A stretch of DNA of 25,406 bases from an uncultured Acidimicrobiaceae bacterium (GCA_964441865.1 CAYTVW010000001.1:1-25406), one strand, 5' to 3'; positions 1 to 8,657 are shown, numbered from the stretch's first letter. Notes: generated by a model from the letters alone, not told the origin. Numbers and translations are program-made.

Positions 1-186
1 AAGACCGAGCGCAGGACGCTGTATCGTCTCTATGAGCCACGCCATCGTCGCTGATTTCCCAGATCCGGTAATGCCCAGGAGTGTCTGATATCGATCTCCG
101 CGGCGGATTCCTTCTGAAAGCTCACTTATCGCTCGAGGTTGATCTCCCGCTGGCTGATAATCGGAAACCACCTTGAATTCTGACAT
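1..186 (-). CDS. uvrB: Excinuclease ABC subunit B, 5' part (runs off window edge)
   Basis: Hand translation from ATG at 186: [60 protein letters not shown]. This has the UvrB PAGDQP motif and Walker A GITGSGKS. Not in the ORF track. Confidence 0.96.
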   Translation of the reverse strand, partial: MSEFKVVSDYQPAGDQPRAISELSEGIRRGDRYQTLLGITGSGKSATMAWLIETIQRPALGL

Positions 187-192
187 TCGACC

Positions 193-198
193 AGTCTA
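193..198 (-). promoter_or_regulatory. Putative -10 element (TAGACT) of a leaderless uvrB promoter
   Basis: TAnnnT hexamer 6 nt upstream of the uvrB ATG, with no SD in between. Confidence 0.6.
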
Positions 199-201
199 CG
201 A

Positions 202-229
202 CCCTTCTCCCTTCTCCCTTCTCCCTTCT
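202..229 (+). repeat. Perfect heptamer tandem repeat (CCCTTCT)x4
   Basis: Four exact copies read directly, in the divergent uvrB / kinase intergenic region. Confidence 0.95.
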
Positions 230-265
230 TGATTAGAACACCGACACGGGCGCCTTCATAGCGGT

Positions 266-271
266 TAGCCT
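266..271 (+). promoter_or_regulatory. Putative -10 element (TAGCCT) of a leaderless sensor-kinase promoter
   Basis: TAnnnT 6 nt upstream of GTG 278. Confidence 0.55.
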
Positions 272-277
272 TTCGAT

Positions 278-1798
278 GTGGCCTTTGAGACTGAGTATGG
301 TTCTGCTGACAGACGTATCTGGTCGGTGATGATCGGCCTAAGTTGGGCCGCGCTCATTATCGGTGTCGTTGGCGGTATAGCTGCAGACAATGCATCTCCG
401 ACATCGGTCCAAGCCGCATTGCCGGCAAGCATATGGGTCTTGGCCCTCAGCACCATCCCCCGAAGCGCCATCGTCAACACTCTTGTCATCGATTCCGTGT
501 CATTGTCCGGCGCGATCCTCACCCTGCTCCCCCTGATCATGACCGGCGGTTCAAACAGTCCTTACATCGTTTTGGCCATGATGCCCACGATCGTTGCGTC
601 GTCTCTCCGAGGATTCAGGATGGGCTTGGCGGTCGGACTCCTAACCGCAGCCCTTATGGCCACGATCGAGATCACCGGGTCAGCGGGTGTGGATTCACTC
701 AACTACTCAACCATTAGCCGAAGCGCCCTTTTCGTTATCCTGGCGATAGCCGTGGCCTATACCCGGACTCTGTGGCTTGATGCTCGTGCGAACCTTGACC
801 GACTGTCACGTTCTTCTCACACAGCGGAGAAACGGCTTGACGAATTGGAGACCGCAAATCAACTCCTACTCAAACTCTCTGCTCTCTCCGCCGAACCAGG
901 GTCAGGACCGGTCGCAGTTGGGAATGCTGCACTCGAAGACCTTTTGACCGTGTATCCAGACGCGTCGATCTCCGCTGTGCTCAGAGGTGAACAAGGGCCG
1001 ATTGTCGTCGCCCGAAGGGGAATCACGCCTCGCACCCCCGTCCCCCATCGAATCCCTCTCATAGCGGGAGGTCGCAATGTGGGCGAGGTATCGATTCTGA
1101 CCGATCATCCCCTCTCCGAAGAGGAGATTTCGGGGCTCAGAACCCGGATGCAGCCACTCGCTTTGGTCTTCGCCAATGTTCTTCTCCTTCAGTCAATAGC
1201 CGGGAGCGCGGCCAAGGAAGAACGTTCCCGACTGGCCAGAGAGCTCCACGACGAGATCGGCCCTTCACTTGCCTCTCTGGGCCTAGCGATTGACGTGGCC
1301 CTAGTGCGCGGTGTCGAGCAACACGATCTAGCCGACCATCTCCAGTCGCTTAGAGAGAGAGTCTCCGACATGGTTGAGGAAGTCAGGACAACTGTCACCG
1401 ACCTTCGCACTCCCCGCCAAGGCTCCCTCAAAGAGTATCTGTCCAAACTCCTCACCGAATTGGGAAAGAGCGATTCAGACGTCCGAATCAATGTTGACGA
1501 ACGTCGACCTGTCCGCCCTTCTCTTGCCGACTCGGTATACGGAGTCGTGGGTGAAGCCCTCCGCAATGCTTTATGGCATTCCGGAGCGACCGAGATTCAG
1601 CTCAGAGGTTGGATCGATTTCGAGAAAGGGCGCCTTGTGCTCACAGATAACGGTTCAGGATTCGACATTGAAGACTCCAACCCTGGCCATTACGGATTGA
1701 TCGGGATGAAGGAACGCGCGGACGCTGGCGGATTGAATCTTCAGATAAGCTCTTCACAGGTCGGAACTCGCGTAGTCGTGGACTGGGGGAACTCATGA
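278..1798 (+). CDS. Membrane sensor histidine kinase (about 6 TM, GAF-like region, HisKA_3 / HATPase; NarX/DegS class)
   Basis: H-box ERSRLARELHDEIG, N-box EALRNALWHS, G1 DNGSGF, G2 GHYGLIGMKERA. About six hydrophobic segments in the first 165 aa, including TGGSNSP. Confidence 0.93.
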   Translation: MAFETEYGSADRRIWSVMIGLSWAALIIGVVGGIAADNASPTSVQAALPASIWVLALSTIPRSAIVNTLVIDSVSLSGAILTLLPLIMTGGSNSPYIVLAMMPTIVASSLRGFRMGLAVGLLTAALMATIEITGSAGVDSLNYSTISRSALFVILAIAVAYTRTLWLDARANLDRLSRSSHTAEKRLDELETANQLLLKLSALSAEPGSGPVAVGNAALEDLLTVYPDASISAVLRGEQGPIVVARRGITPRTPVPHRIPLIAGGRNVGEVSILTDHPLSEEEISGLRTRMQPLALVFANVLLLQSIAGSAAKEERSRLARELHDEIGPSLASLGLAIDVALVRGVEQHDLADHLQSLRERVSDMVEEVRTTVTDLRTPRQGSLKEYLSKLLTELGKSDSDVRINVDERRPVRPSLADSVYGVVGEALRNALWHSGATEIQLRGWIDFEKGRLVLTDNGSGFDIEDSNPGHYGLIGMKERADAGGLNLQISSSQVGTRVVVDWGNS

Positions 1799-2430
1799 AC
1801 ATCAGGATTGCAGTCGCTGACGACCACGCCCTATTCGCCGAAGGGCTTGCAAACGCCATAAACGTCCAACCCGACATGCGAGTCGTTCACATCTCTTGCT
1901 CAGGATCAGAGCTCCAAAGAAATCTCGCATCTCAACCCGCGGACGTCACACTCTTGGATTGGGAGATGCCTGACGGTGGCACCCCTGCGGTGCTCCAGAT
2001 CGCCTCCAGAACGAAAGCCCTCGTTGTCACCATGTTCGCTGGTCCCGAGGTTGACCAGAAGGCAATCGAAGCCGGGGCAATGGGTGTTCTATCCAAATCC
2101 ATCCCACTAGATCAACTCACTGCAGCCGTCCGCGCTGCCTATTCGAATCACCCGATTCCGGACGATCCGATCGCTCGAGCAGCCTTACTCAAGAGCTTCT
2201 CAAAGCCTGAGCTCGACCCGGGCGCAGCTTCCCTGACCGAGCGCGAACTGGAGCTTCTTCGTCTCCTTGCACGAGGAATCACCGCCACAGAAGACCTCGC
2301 CAACGAGATGTACATTTCCCACAAGACCGTCAAGAACCATCTGGCTTCGATTTTCCAGAAGCTGTCGGTGAGCGACCGGACCCAAGCTGCTATTGAAGCC
2401 ATCCGCCTAGGAATCGACCGAACCTCCTAG
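1795..2430 (+). CDS. NarL/LuxR-family response regulator
   Basis: Receiver domain (VADDH, LLDWEMP phospho-Asp, K in LSKS) and LuxR HTH (LTERELELLRLLARG...TVKNHLASIFQKL). ATGA overlap with the kinase stop. Confidence 0.95.
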   Translation: MNIRIAVADDHALFAEGLANAINVQPDMRVVHISCSGSELQRNLASQPADVTLLDWEMPDGGTPAVLQIASRTKALVVTMFAGPEVDQKAIEAGAMGVLSKSIPLDQLTAAVRAAYSNHPIPDDPIARAALLKSFSKPELDPGAASLTERELELLRLLARGITATEDLANEMYISHKTVKNHLASIFQKLSVSDRTQAAIEAIRLGIDRTS

Positions 2431-2517
2431 GAAGAGCTCTTAACTCAAATGAGTCGCTCGACCCATGGTTACACGGCTTCACCCGACTACCGTTAGGACC
2501 TGCAAGCCGCCCGTTAT

Positions 2518-2525
2518 AAGGAGGT
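2518..2525 (+). promoter_or_regulatory. Strong Shine-Dalgarno (AAGGAGGT) of flp1
   Basis: Near-perfect SD ending 4 nt before ATG 2530. Confidence 0.85.
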
Positions 2526-2529
2526 CCCA

Positions 2530-2700
2530 ATGCTTGCGAAGTTCTTACTGTGGAAAGAAGAGCACGGTGCATCGATGGTTGAGTACGCCCTTTTGGTCGT
2601 CCTCATCGCCATTATCGCCCTCGTCGCAGTACGCCTTGCTGGTCAAGAAGTCTCTGCCGCTTTCGACGACATCCAGAGCGGACTAGCGACTCGGAGCTAG
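2530..2700 (+). CDS. flp: Flp/Fap type IVc prepilin 1 (56 aa)
   Basis: MLAKFLLWKEEHG|ASMVEYALLVVLIAIIALVAVRLAGQEVSAAFDDIQSGLATRS: G|xxxxEY processing motif followed by a hydrophobic helix; strong SD. Missing from the ORF track. Confidence 0.93.
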   Translation: MLAKFLLWKEEHGASMVEYALLVVLIAIIALVAVRLAGQEVSAAFDDIQSGLATRS

Positions 2701-2712
2701 TAAACACCAATC

Positions 2713-2865
2713 ATGGAAAAGGGTAGCTCACAAAGAGAAAACGGCGCCTCGATGGTCGAGTACGCTCTCCTGGTTCTCCTCGTAGCCATGGCGGCTTTAG
2801 TCGCTGTGAGATTCTTCGGGACTGAGCTCAGCGACACGTACGCGGACATTGCGTCAAGTATCTAG
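2713..2865 (+). CDS. flp: Flp/Fap type IVc prepilin 2 (50 aa)
   Basis: MEKGSSQRENG|ASMVEYALLVLLVAMAALVAVRFFGTELSDTYADIASSI: same GASMVEYALLV motif. Missing from the ORF track. Confidence 0.9.
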   Translation: MEKGSSQRENGASMVEYALLVLLVAMAALVAVRFFGTELSDTYADIASSI

Positions 2866-2895
2866 CTAAGTAGACACCCTGTTCCCAACCAGTTT

Positions 2896-2927
2896 GGGCG
2901 GTTGATTCATCAACCGCCCTTTCTGTT
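2896..2927 (+). terminator. Intrinsic terminator after the flp pair
   Basis: 10-bp stem GGGCGGTTGA / TCAACCGCCC with a TTCA loop, followed by TTTCTGTT. Confidence 0.8.
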
Positions 2928-3014
2928 GTCTCAGCCGTCTTTTCTACGGCGACTCCTGTCTGCACTTCTCCCACCCGGACACACTCCCGTTGATGCCCAA
3001 CTATGTGAGGGGCT

Positions 3015-4373
3015 CTAGCGCTCCGAACGGCCCGACTGGGAAGAGCTCAGCAACTCGAACGCCTCGTCCGAGTAGACAACCAACCAGCCAGGAGCTTCAT
3101 GAAGAATCTCAATCAAGGGCGATTCTTTTTCCAGAAGGACTTGCGCCACTCCGTACTCTTCGAACAGGGGCGCCCACTCCGTCTTCCCCGATCTCACATT
3201 GATGAATTCCGTCAAGAACCCCTCGCCGTAAAGCTCGACCCTATCGTCAATGAAAACCGGGATTCCGGGGAACGCATATGCCAAGTACCCCCCTGTCACG
3301 TCGCTGTGAAAAACCGGCCGATTGTCCAAGTAGGTCGCCGCGTCAATCGGGAAACGGCTTTCATCTAGAGAGATCGGTCGAACCAGGAATGCGACAGTCA
3401 CTCCAACAGCGATGGCAAAGCACCCGGCCACGATCCCTTCCACTTTCCCCTCTCCCACCGAGATCGATCGCCGCAGCTCAATCCCCATTGCTGCGTATCC
3501 CAACATGGCCAAGGCTCCCATCGGCAAAGACCTCAACGACGAGACTGCCAGTGCAATGAAGGGGACGATTACCCATAGATCTCTCTCCGTTACCTTCCCA
3601 CCGATCGCTCCCCTGAGAATCAGGACTAGAGAGACAAAGACACCAAAGCCTTTCACACCAATCAACGAAGGCGTCGCCCACTCCTGCATCAGTTTCAGAC
3701 CAGAACTCTCTCCTGCGAAATCTGTGAGGAAAACATAAGCGCCAATTCCATGGGCGGTGACTAGAGGAAGCAGAGCGCACATGCTGACTCGAGTCAGTGA
3801 GTCTTTCCAGCGACTATCAGCGATACCTCTGAGAACAACATAGGCAAGCCCTATCGGCCAACTGGCATGGACTCCAACCCAGACCCAGACCAGAAACGGA
3901 ACCGTCCAGCGGAGTCTTCGGTCGTCAATAACAACGATCAACAGGCCCATCAGCAGAAAGCTTCCGAAGACAGGTCTCGGGTTCCATGTCGGCCCAAAGA
4001 TGTAGAGGCTCAGGAACACAAGAAGGATTACCGCACTCTCGGTTCTCACTCGTCGACGGACGAGTACTCCCACAATCACCGCCATCAACAGACTCGAAAC
4101 GGCGAGCATCACCGGAACGAACGAGAGGTCGAACGCTTTCTCGAGGATCCCATAGAGAAGCTCCATCAGCCACGATTGGGTCCTCCAGGTTTCTCCGCCG
4201 AAGGTGTAACTGAGAGGATCGGTTGTCAGAACCGTCCCTCCGTCGAGCTGGATACGCCCGACCGCAACGTGCCAAAGGAAGGAGTTATCGAGAATCGGTC
4301 GGAAAGCCCTCAGAACGCACCAAACCCCAACACCCAGCCAGGCCAGGTGTGAGATCTTGGCTCGCCTGATCAT
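3015..4373 (-). CDS. Polytopic membrane protein, probable GT-C-fold glycosyltransferase, last gene of the tad operon
   Basis: About 9-11 hydrophobic segments. Loop after TM1 is DNSFLWHVAVGR...DPLSYT...W...SWL; later RP, W..VH, MQEW and C-terminal soluble FIDDRVELYG motifs. ATGA overlap with the tadC stop. The CDS is secure; the function is inferred. Confidence 0.7.
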   Translation of the reverse strand: MIRRAKISHLAWLGVGVWCVLRAFRPILDNSFLWHVAVGRIQLDGGTVLTTDPLSYTFGGETWRTQSWLMELLYGILEKAFDLSFVPVMLAVSSLLMAVIVGVLVRRRVRTESAVILLVFLSLYIFGPTWNPRPVFGSFLLMGLLIVVIDDRRLRWTVPFLVWVWVGVHASWPIGLAYVVLRGIADSRWKDSLTRVSMCALLPLVTAHGIGAYVFLTDFAGESSGLKLMQEWATPSLIGVKGFGVFVSLVLILRGAIGGKVTERDLWVIVPFIALAVSSLRSLPMGALAMLGYAAMGIELRRSISVGEGKVEGIVAGCFAIAVGVTVAFLVRPISLDESRFPIDAATYLDNRPVFHSDVTGGYLAYAFPGIPVFIDDRVELYGEGFLTEFINVRSGKTEWAPLFEEYGVAQVLLEKESPLIEILHEAPGWLVVYSDEAFELLSSSQSGRSER

Positions 4374-5290
4374 ATCCCGCTGAATGCTTCCATAATCTTG
4401 ATTCCGGCCGGCCCCAACAAGACGATGAACAGAGCCGGGAAGATGCAGAACACCAGCGGAAAGACGATTTTCACCGGCGCGGCAAACGCTTTCTCCTGAG
4501 CACGCTGCCGACGCTTGACACGCATCTCGTCAGCCTGGACTCGCAGCACCCGTGCAATTGTCACACCGAATGCTTCGGCCTGCATCATTGCCAGGAGGAA
4601 TGACCTCAGCTCATCTAGGTCGGTCCGTTCCATCAGATGACGCATGGCGTCGCGTCGGCTCACGCCCACCCGAGTCTCCTGAAGCATTCGGAAAAACTCC
4701 TCCGATAGCGGTCCGGGGACTGTCTGAACCACCCTCTGAAGGGCAGAGTCGAACCCCAACCCGGCCTCCACCGAAATGACCAGAAGATCCAGAGTGTCAG
4801 GCAACGCCCTCAGCATGGTCGTCGACCTGTCCTTTACCTTCCCATCGAGCAGAGCGTCGGGCCCCATGAATCCCACAACGACCGCCCCCAAGAACATCAG
4901 AAAAGACGTGCTCCCTTCGGCCGAATCCTTCACCAGGAAGCCAATTATGACTCCTGCAATCGTCGTGAAAGCCTTAACCGTCACAAAACTCGCAGCGTCG
5001 AGTCCTTTCGGGTTCCCCGCGTGAATGAGCTTTGTCTGGATCTTCTCCAGATATCCCGCAGGAGTGAAACGATTCAGGACCTTCCCGATCGCCATCACCG
5101 CCGGCGCCAAGGCACGTTCGGCGAAAGGTTGCTCTAGCGTCTCTTCACGACTGGTCGCTTGCCGCCCATACATCGCAAGACGGTCCTTCGGTTTTTGAAC
5201 CCTGACAATCGCAAACCCGACCCATACAACAAGCAAGAAAATCGCAGCGAAGGCCATCCCTAGAGGTAACAGAAGTCCGGTGTTGTCCAT
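4370..5290 (-). CDS. tadC: Tad pilus inner-membrane platform protein TadC (T2SS F family)
   Basis: LPDTLDLLVISVEAGLGFDSAL and AQEKAFAAPVKIVFPLVFCIFPALFIVLLGP motifs. Start moved to ATG 5290, 2 nt after the tadB stop. Confidence 0.92.
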   Translation of the reverse strand: MDNTGLLLPLGMAFAAIFLLVVWVGFAIVRVQKPKDRLAMYGRQATSREETLEQPFAERALAPAVMAIGKVLNRFTPAGYLEKIQTKLIHAGNPKGLDAASFVTVKAFTTIAGVIIGFLVKDSAEGSTSFLMFLGAVVVGFMGPDALLDGKVKDRSTTMLRALPDTLDLLVISVEAGLGFDSALQRVVQTVPGPLSEEFFRMLQETRVGVSRRDAMRHLMERTDLDELRSFLLAMMQAEAFGVTIARVLRVQADEMRVKRRQRAQEKAFAAPVKIVFPLVFCIFPALFIVLLGPAGIKIMEAFSGI

Positions 5291-5292
5291 CG

Positions 5293-7266
5293 CTATACCT
5301 CGATATTCACTAACTTCCGGAGCCACAGGGCCCCCAACAACATCAAGAAAGCCCCGGCTCCCAGCATCAGTTTCCCAATCGTAAGCTCAACCAGAGGCGC
5401 GAGATACTGCGGATTCGTAGAGTTCAGGAACAACAGCAGCAGAATCGGGAGTGCACCCAACACGTACGCGCTGATCCTTCCTTCTGCAGTCAGGGCTCTG
5501 ATCTCCCCCTTCAACCTGTTCCGAGCCAACATCGTGTCAGCAACGGTCTGAAGCACCTCTGACAAGTTACCGCCGACTTCTCTCTGAATCTCAATAGCCA
5601 GCACAGCCCATTCGAAGTCTTTCGACTTGGTTCTATCGGTTATTCCGTTGAGGGCCTGGGTAACAGGAACACCCAACCGAGCTTCAACAACTGCCCGCTG
5701 GAATTCCCTCGCAGTCGGATCCGGTGCCTCTTGAGCTACCGCTTCAACGGCCTGGAGCAGGGAATACCCAGCTCGCAACGACGTCGAAACCAGAGTGAGG
5801 GTATCAGGGAGTTGCCGCTCGAACTTCTTCTGCTCTCTGCTCCCCAAAAAGTTGATTGTCCCGAATATCAGGAAAACGATGATGCTCAGAATCATCACTG
5901 CTTGGATTGCACTACCGCTGACAATCCAGACGACCAGGCCGATCACCCCAGCTAGACCTAGCGCTGCCGCAATGGACTCACCAGCTGACAAAGGGATATT
6001 CGCTTGTTCCAACGCCGAGTTGACGGCTCCTAACAACCCGCGCTTCTTGACCACCTCTTCAGCCCGTTCGGTGAATAACCGAAGAAGCGGGATCCTTTCA
6101 ATGAAAGACCTATGCTCTTTCGGGCCCCCTCCCCCCTTCCGTCCGTACACCTGCAGCCGAGATGCGAAAGTTGGCCCTTCCTTGTCCACCATTGGCCCAA
6201 GAAGGATAAAAACGAAGAGAATCACGGCGGCACCCACTCCGATTCCAACCACAAGGATCATGGTCTTGTAGTCAAAAGGCATGTTGCTATCGACTACCCA
6301 GCTATCGCCGGCGGGGAGTGTCGTGGTTGTGGTGGTAGTGGTGGAAGTCGTCGCAACCGTGTATCCCGACACAGGGACTGTGACTCCTGTCCTGATGTCG
6401 TTGTACCAGACTTCGAACTCCACATCTCCCGGTTGCTGAACAGGAGAGTTGAACGTCACTACCACAGCGTTGGCCAACTCGGTCTGGATCTGTCCGTACA
6501 GGCCTTCAAGAGCTGCCGGGTCAGTTGTGGATAGGAACATCCCGTCCCCAGCCTCCGTAATCGCCCTCAAGGCATCAGGAGAGAACTCGGTCGACTGAAG
6601 TGCCACGCCGAAAACACGGACCCCAGACCCCTCGACAGCCGCGATCGCTTCTTCTAAAGTCGCCGTCGAGTGCTGATCTGCTCCGTCGGTGAGGACAATC
6701 AGATTCTTTCGACCGGTACCGCTCCCGCCGACGAATCTATCGACTCCTTCGATGACCCCGTCATACATCGCCGTTCCACCAGACGGGACTGCCTCGATTG
6801 AAGCGATCAATTCACGCAAGGTTCCCTTGTTGGAAGTGAATTGTCCCCCTCCAAGAGCAGTCACCGTGTCCGAGAACGTGACAATGGTGATGAAGTCTGT
6901 GGCTCTCATAGAGTTCACAAACTGGGTAGCCGCGCGCTTGGCGGCTTCTATCGGAGCACCCGACATTGACCCACTCACGTCGATAGCCAAAACGATCGAA
7001 ACCGGGACAGTCTCGCGTCCGATCCGGTCGACGTTGATCTCGCCTACAGGCTCCCCGTTCGCAAACACCAAGACACCGGAAAGATCTACGAGAGAATCCA
7101 TGTTTCTGAATTCCACGACCAGTTGTGTCTCGCCGTTCTCGAGGTAGTTCTCGACATCTACGTCGATTATTTCGGCGGTCTCTTCTTCGGCAGTCTGAGC
7201 CGAAATAGCCAAAGCAGGCAGGAAGGCCAAGAGAAGGAAAGTCGTGATTCTCGTGATTCGTCTCAT
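5293..7266 (-). CDS. tadB: VWA-domain / TadB fusion protein
   Basis: Signal peptide, VWA with MIDAS (DVSGS...T...LTDG), Thr tract, TM, then TadB (QLPDTL...LRAGYSL, QREVGGNLSEVL, ALTAEGRISA). Confidence 0.9.
   Translation of the reverse strand: MRRITRITTFLLLAFLPALAISAQTAEEETAEIIDVDVENYLENGETQLVVEFRNMDSLVDLSGVLVFANGEPVGEINVDRIGRETVPVSIVLAIDVSGSMSGAPIEAAKRAATQFVNSMRATDFITIVTFSDTVTALGGGQFTSNKGTLRELIASIEAVPSGGTAMYDGVIEGVDRFVGGSGTGRKNLIVLTDGADQHSTATLEEAIAAVEGSGVRVFGVALQSTEFSPDALRAITEAGDGMFLSTTDPAALEGLYGQIQTELANAVVVTFNSPVQQPGDVEFEVWYNDIRTGVTVPVSGYTVATTSTTTTTTTTLPAGDSWVVDSNMPFDYKTMILVVGIGVGAAVILFVFILLGPMVDKEGPTFASRLQVYGRKGGGGPKEHRSFIERIPLLRLFTERAEEVVKKRGLLGAVNSALEQANIPLSAGESIAAALGLAGVIGLVVWIVSGSAIQAVMILSIIVFLIFGTINFLGSREQKKFERQLPDTLTLVSTSLRAGYSLLQAVEAVAQEAPDPTAREFQRAVVEARLGVPVTQALNGITDRTKSKDFEWAVLAIEIQREVGGNLSEVLQTVADTMLARNRLKGEIRALTAEGRISAYVLGALPILLLLFLNSTNPQYLAPLVELTIGKLMLGAGAFLMLLGALWLRKLVNIEV
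6319..6351 (-). repeat. Poly-threonine coding tract (TTSTTTTTTTT) in tadB
   Basis: 10 of 11 codons are Thr, and all four ACN codons are used. Confidence 0.9.
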
Positions 7267-8636
7267 CGCATCGCCATATCAGCTCGACGGGCAAACGGTT
7301 CGGGTTCGAAGAGATCGGCCGGAAGCCGAATTCCGACATCGAGAAGCTTGTCACTGAAGCTGGGCCGAATCCCTGTGGCCTTCATTCGCCCCAGATACTT
7401 CCCGTCTTCGTCCAGGCCCATTCCAAAGTCGAAGAGGAAGAGGTCCTGCATGGTGATCATCTCACCCTCCATCCCCTCGACTTCAGTTATGTGAGTTATT
7501 CGCCTAGTCCCATCTTTGAGCCGAGCTACCTGGACAACCAAGTCGATTGCAGAAGACATCTGTTCTCTAATAGCTCGGACAGGGAGGTCGTAACCGGCCA
7601 TGAGGACCAGAGTCTCCATTCTCGCAAGAGCGTCACGAGGACTGTTCGCGTGCAGAGTCGTCAGTGATCCGTCGTGACCAGTGTTCATCGCCTGGAGCAT
7701 ATCTAGGGCTTCTCCACCTCGACACTCACCAACGACGATCCTGTCGGGTCGCATACGCAGACAGTTCTTTACAAGATCTCGAATTGTAACGGCGCCCTTC
7801 CCTTCGATGTTCGGCGGGCGGGTCTCCAAGCTGAGCACATGATCCTGGTGGAGCTGAAGCTCCGCAGCGTCTTCAACAGTGACGATTCTCTCGTCGGCGG
7901 GAAGATAGCTAGACAGCACGTTGAGCGTCGTGGTCTTCCCTGAACCGGTACCTCCAGAAATCACCACGTTCAGCCGACCGACCACACAGGCCCGCAAGAA
8001 GTCAGCGGTCCTTTGGCTGAATGTCCCAAAGTTGATCAAGTCACCTTCGGTATAAGGGTCGACCGAGAACTTCCTGATCGTAAGGAACGGTCCGCCTATG
8101 GCGAGGGGGGGAATGACGGCGTTGACTCGAGAACCATCGGGAAGACGCGCATCGCAGAGCGGTGTCGCCTCGTCAACGCGTCGGCCGACCTGACCAACGA
8201 TCTTGTCGATAATCCTCCGAAGATGGACCCCGTCGACAAACCTGATGTCGGTCCTAAGAAGTTTCCCGGCGCGTTCGCAATAGATGTCGTATGGTCCGTT
8301 AACCATCACTTCGGTTACGTCTGGATCGTTCAGAAGAGGATCGATAGGACCGTACCCGAGAACATCGGAGGCGATTTCATTCAGAAGCTGCTTCCGATCC
8401 GAGGACGTCAACGGAAGGCTTTGCTCTTGGTCGACTGCCCACTCGAGCATCTCCATCACACGAAGTCGCAGCTCGGCGTCGCTCATACCTCGGTCGTAAA
8501 GAGTGGGACCGAGCTCCTCGACTACCTTGAAATGGAGACGCCCACGAAGTTCCTTGACGGCCTCTGAACGTGCACCAGTGAAAGTACCGGTGTCAGATGC
8601 TTTTGCTGCTGCTACTCGTTCTGATAGAGACGCCAT
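7263..8636 (-). CDS. tadA: Tad secretion ATPase TadA/CpaF
   Basis: Walker [49 protein letters not shown] overlap with the tadB start. Confidence 0.96.
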   Translation of the reverse strand: MASLSERVAAAKASDTGTFTGARSEAVKELRGRLHFKVVEELGPTLYDRGMSDAELRLRVMEMLEWAVDQEQSLPLTSSDRKQLLNEIASDVLGYGPIDPLLNDPDVTEVMVNGPYDIYCERAGKLLRTDIRFVDGVHLRRIIDKIVGQVGRRVDEATPLCDARLPDGSRVNAVIPPLAIGGPFLTIRKFSVDPYTEGDLINFGTFSQRTADFLRACVVGRLNVVISGGTGSGKTTTLNVLSSYLPADERIVTVEDAAELQLHQDHVLSLETRPPNIEGKGAVTIRDLVKNCLRMRPDRIVVGECRGGEALDMLQAMNTGHDGSLTTLHANSPRDALARMETLVLMAGYDLPVRAIREQMSSAIDLVVQVARLKDGTRRITHITEVEGMEGEMITMQDLFLFDFGMGLDEDGKYLGRMKATGIRPSFSDKLLDVGIRLPADLFEPEPFARRADMAMR

Positions 8637-8657
8637 CTCACGCTACTTCCTTTCCAA

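Noticed and set aside
187-277. LexA SOS box upstream of uvrB
   Set aside because: No acceptable match to TCGAAC-N4-GTTCGA.
2530-2800. Repeated GCNTCGATGGTYGAGTACGC sequence as a CRISPR-like repeat
   Set aside because: Only two copies, fully explained by the paralogous flp coding motif; no cas genes.
2934-2950. GCCGT/ACGGC hairpin as the terminator of the tad operon
   Set aside because: Only 5 bp of stem and no convincing U tract on the minus strand.
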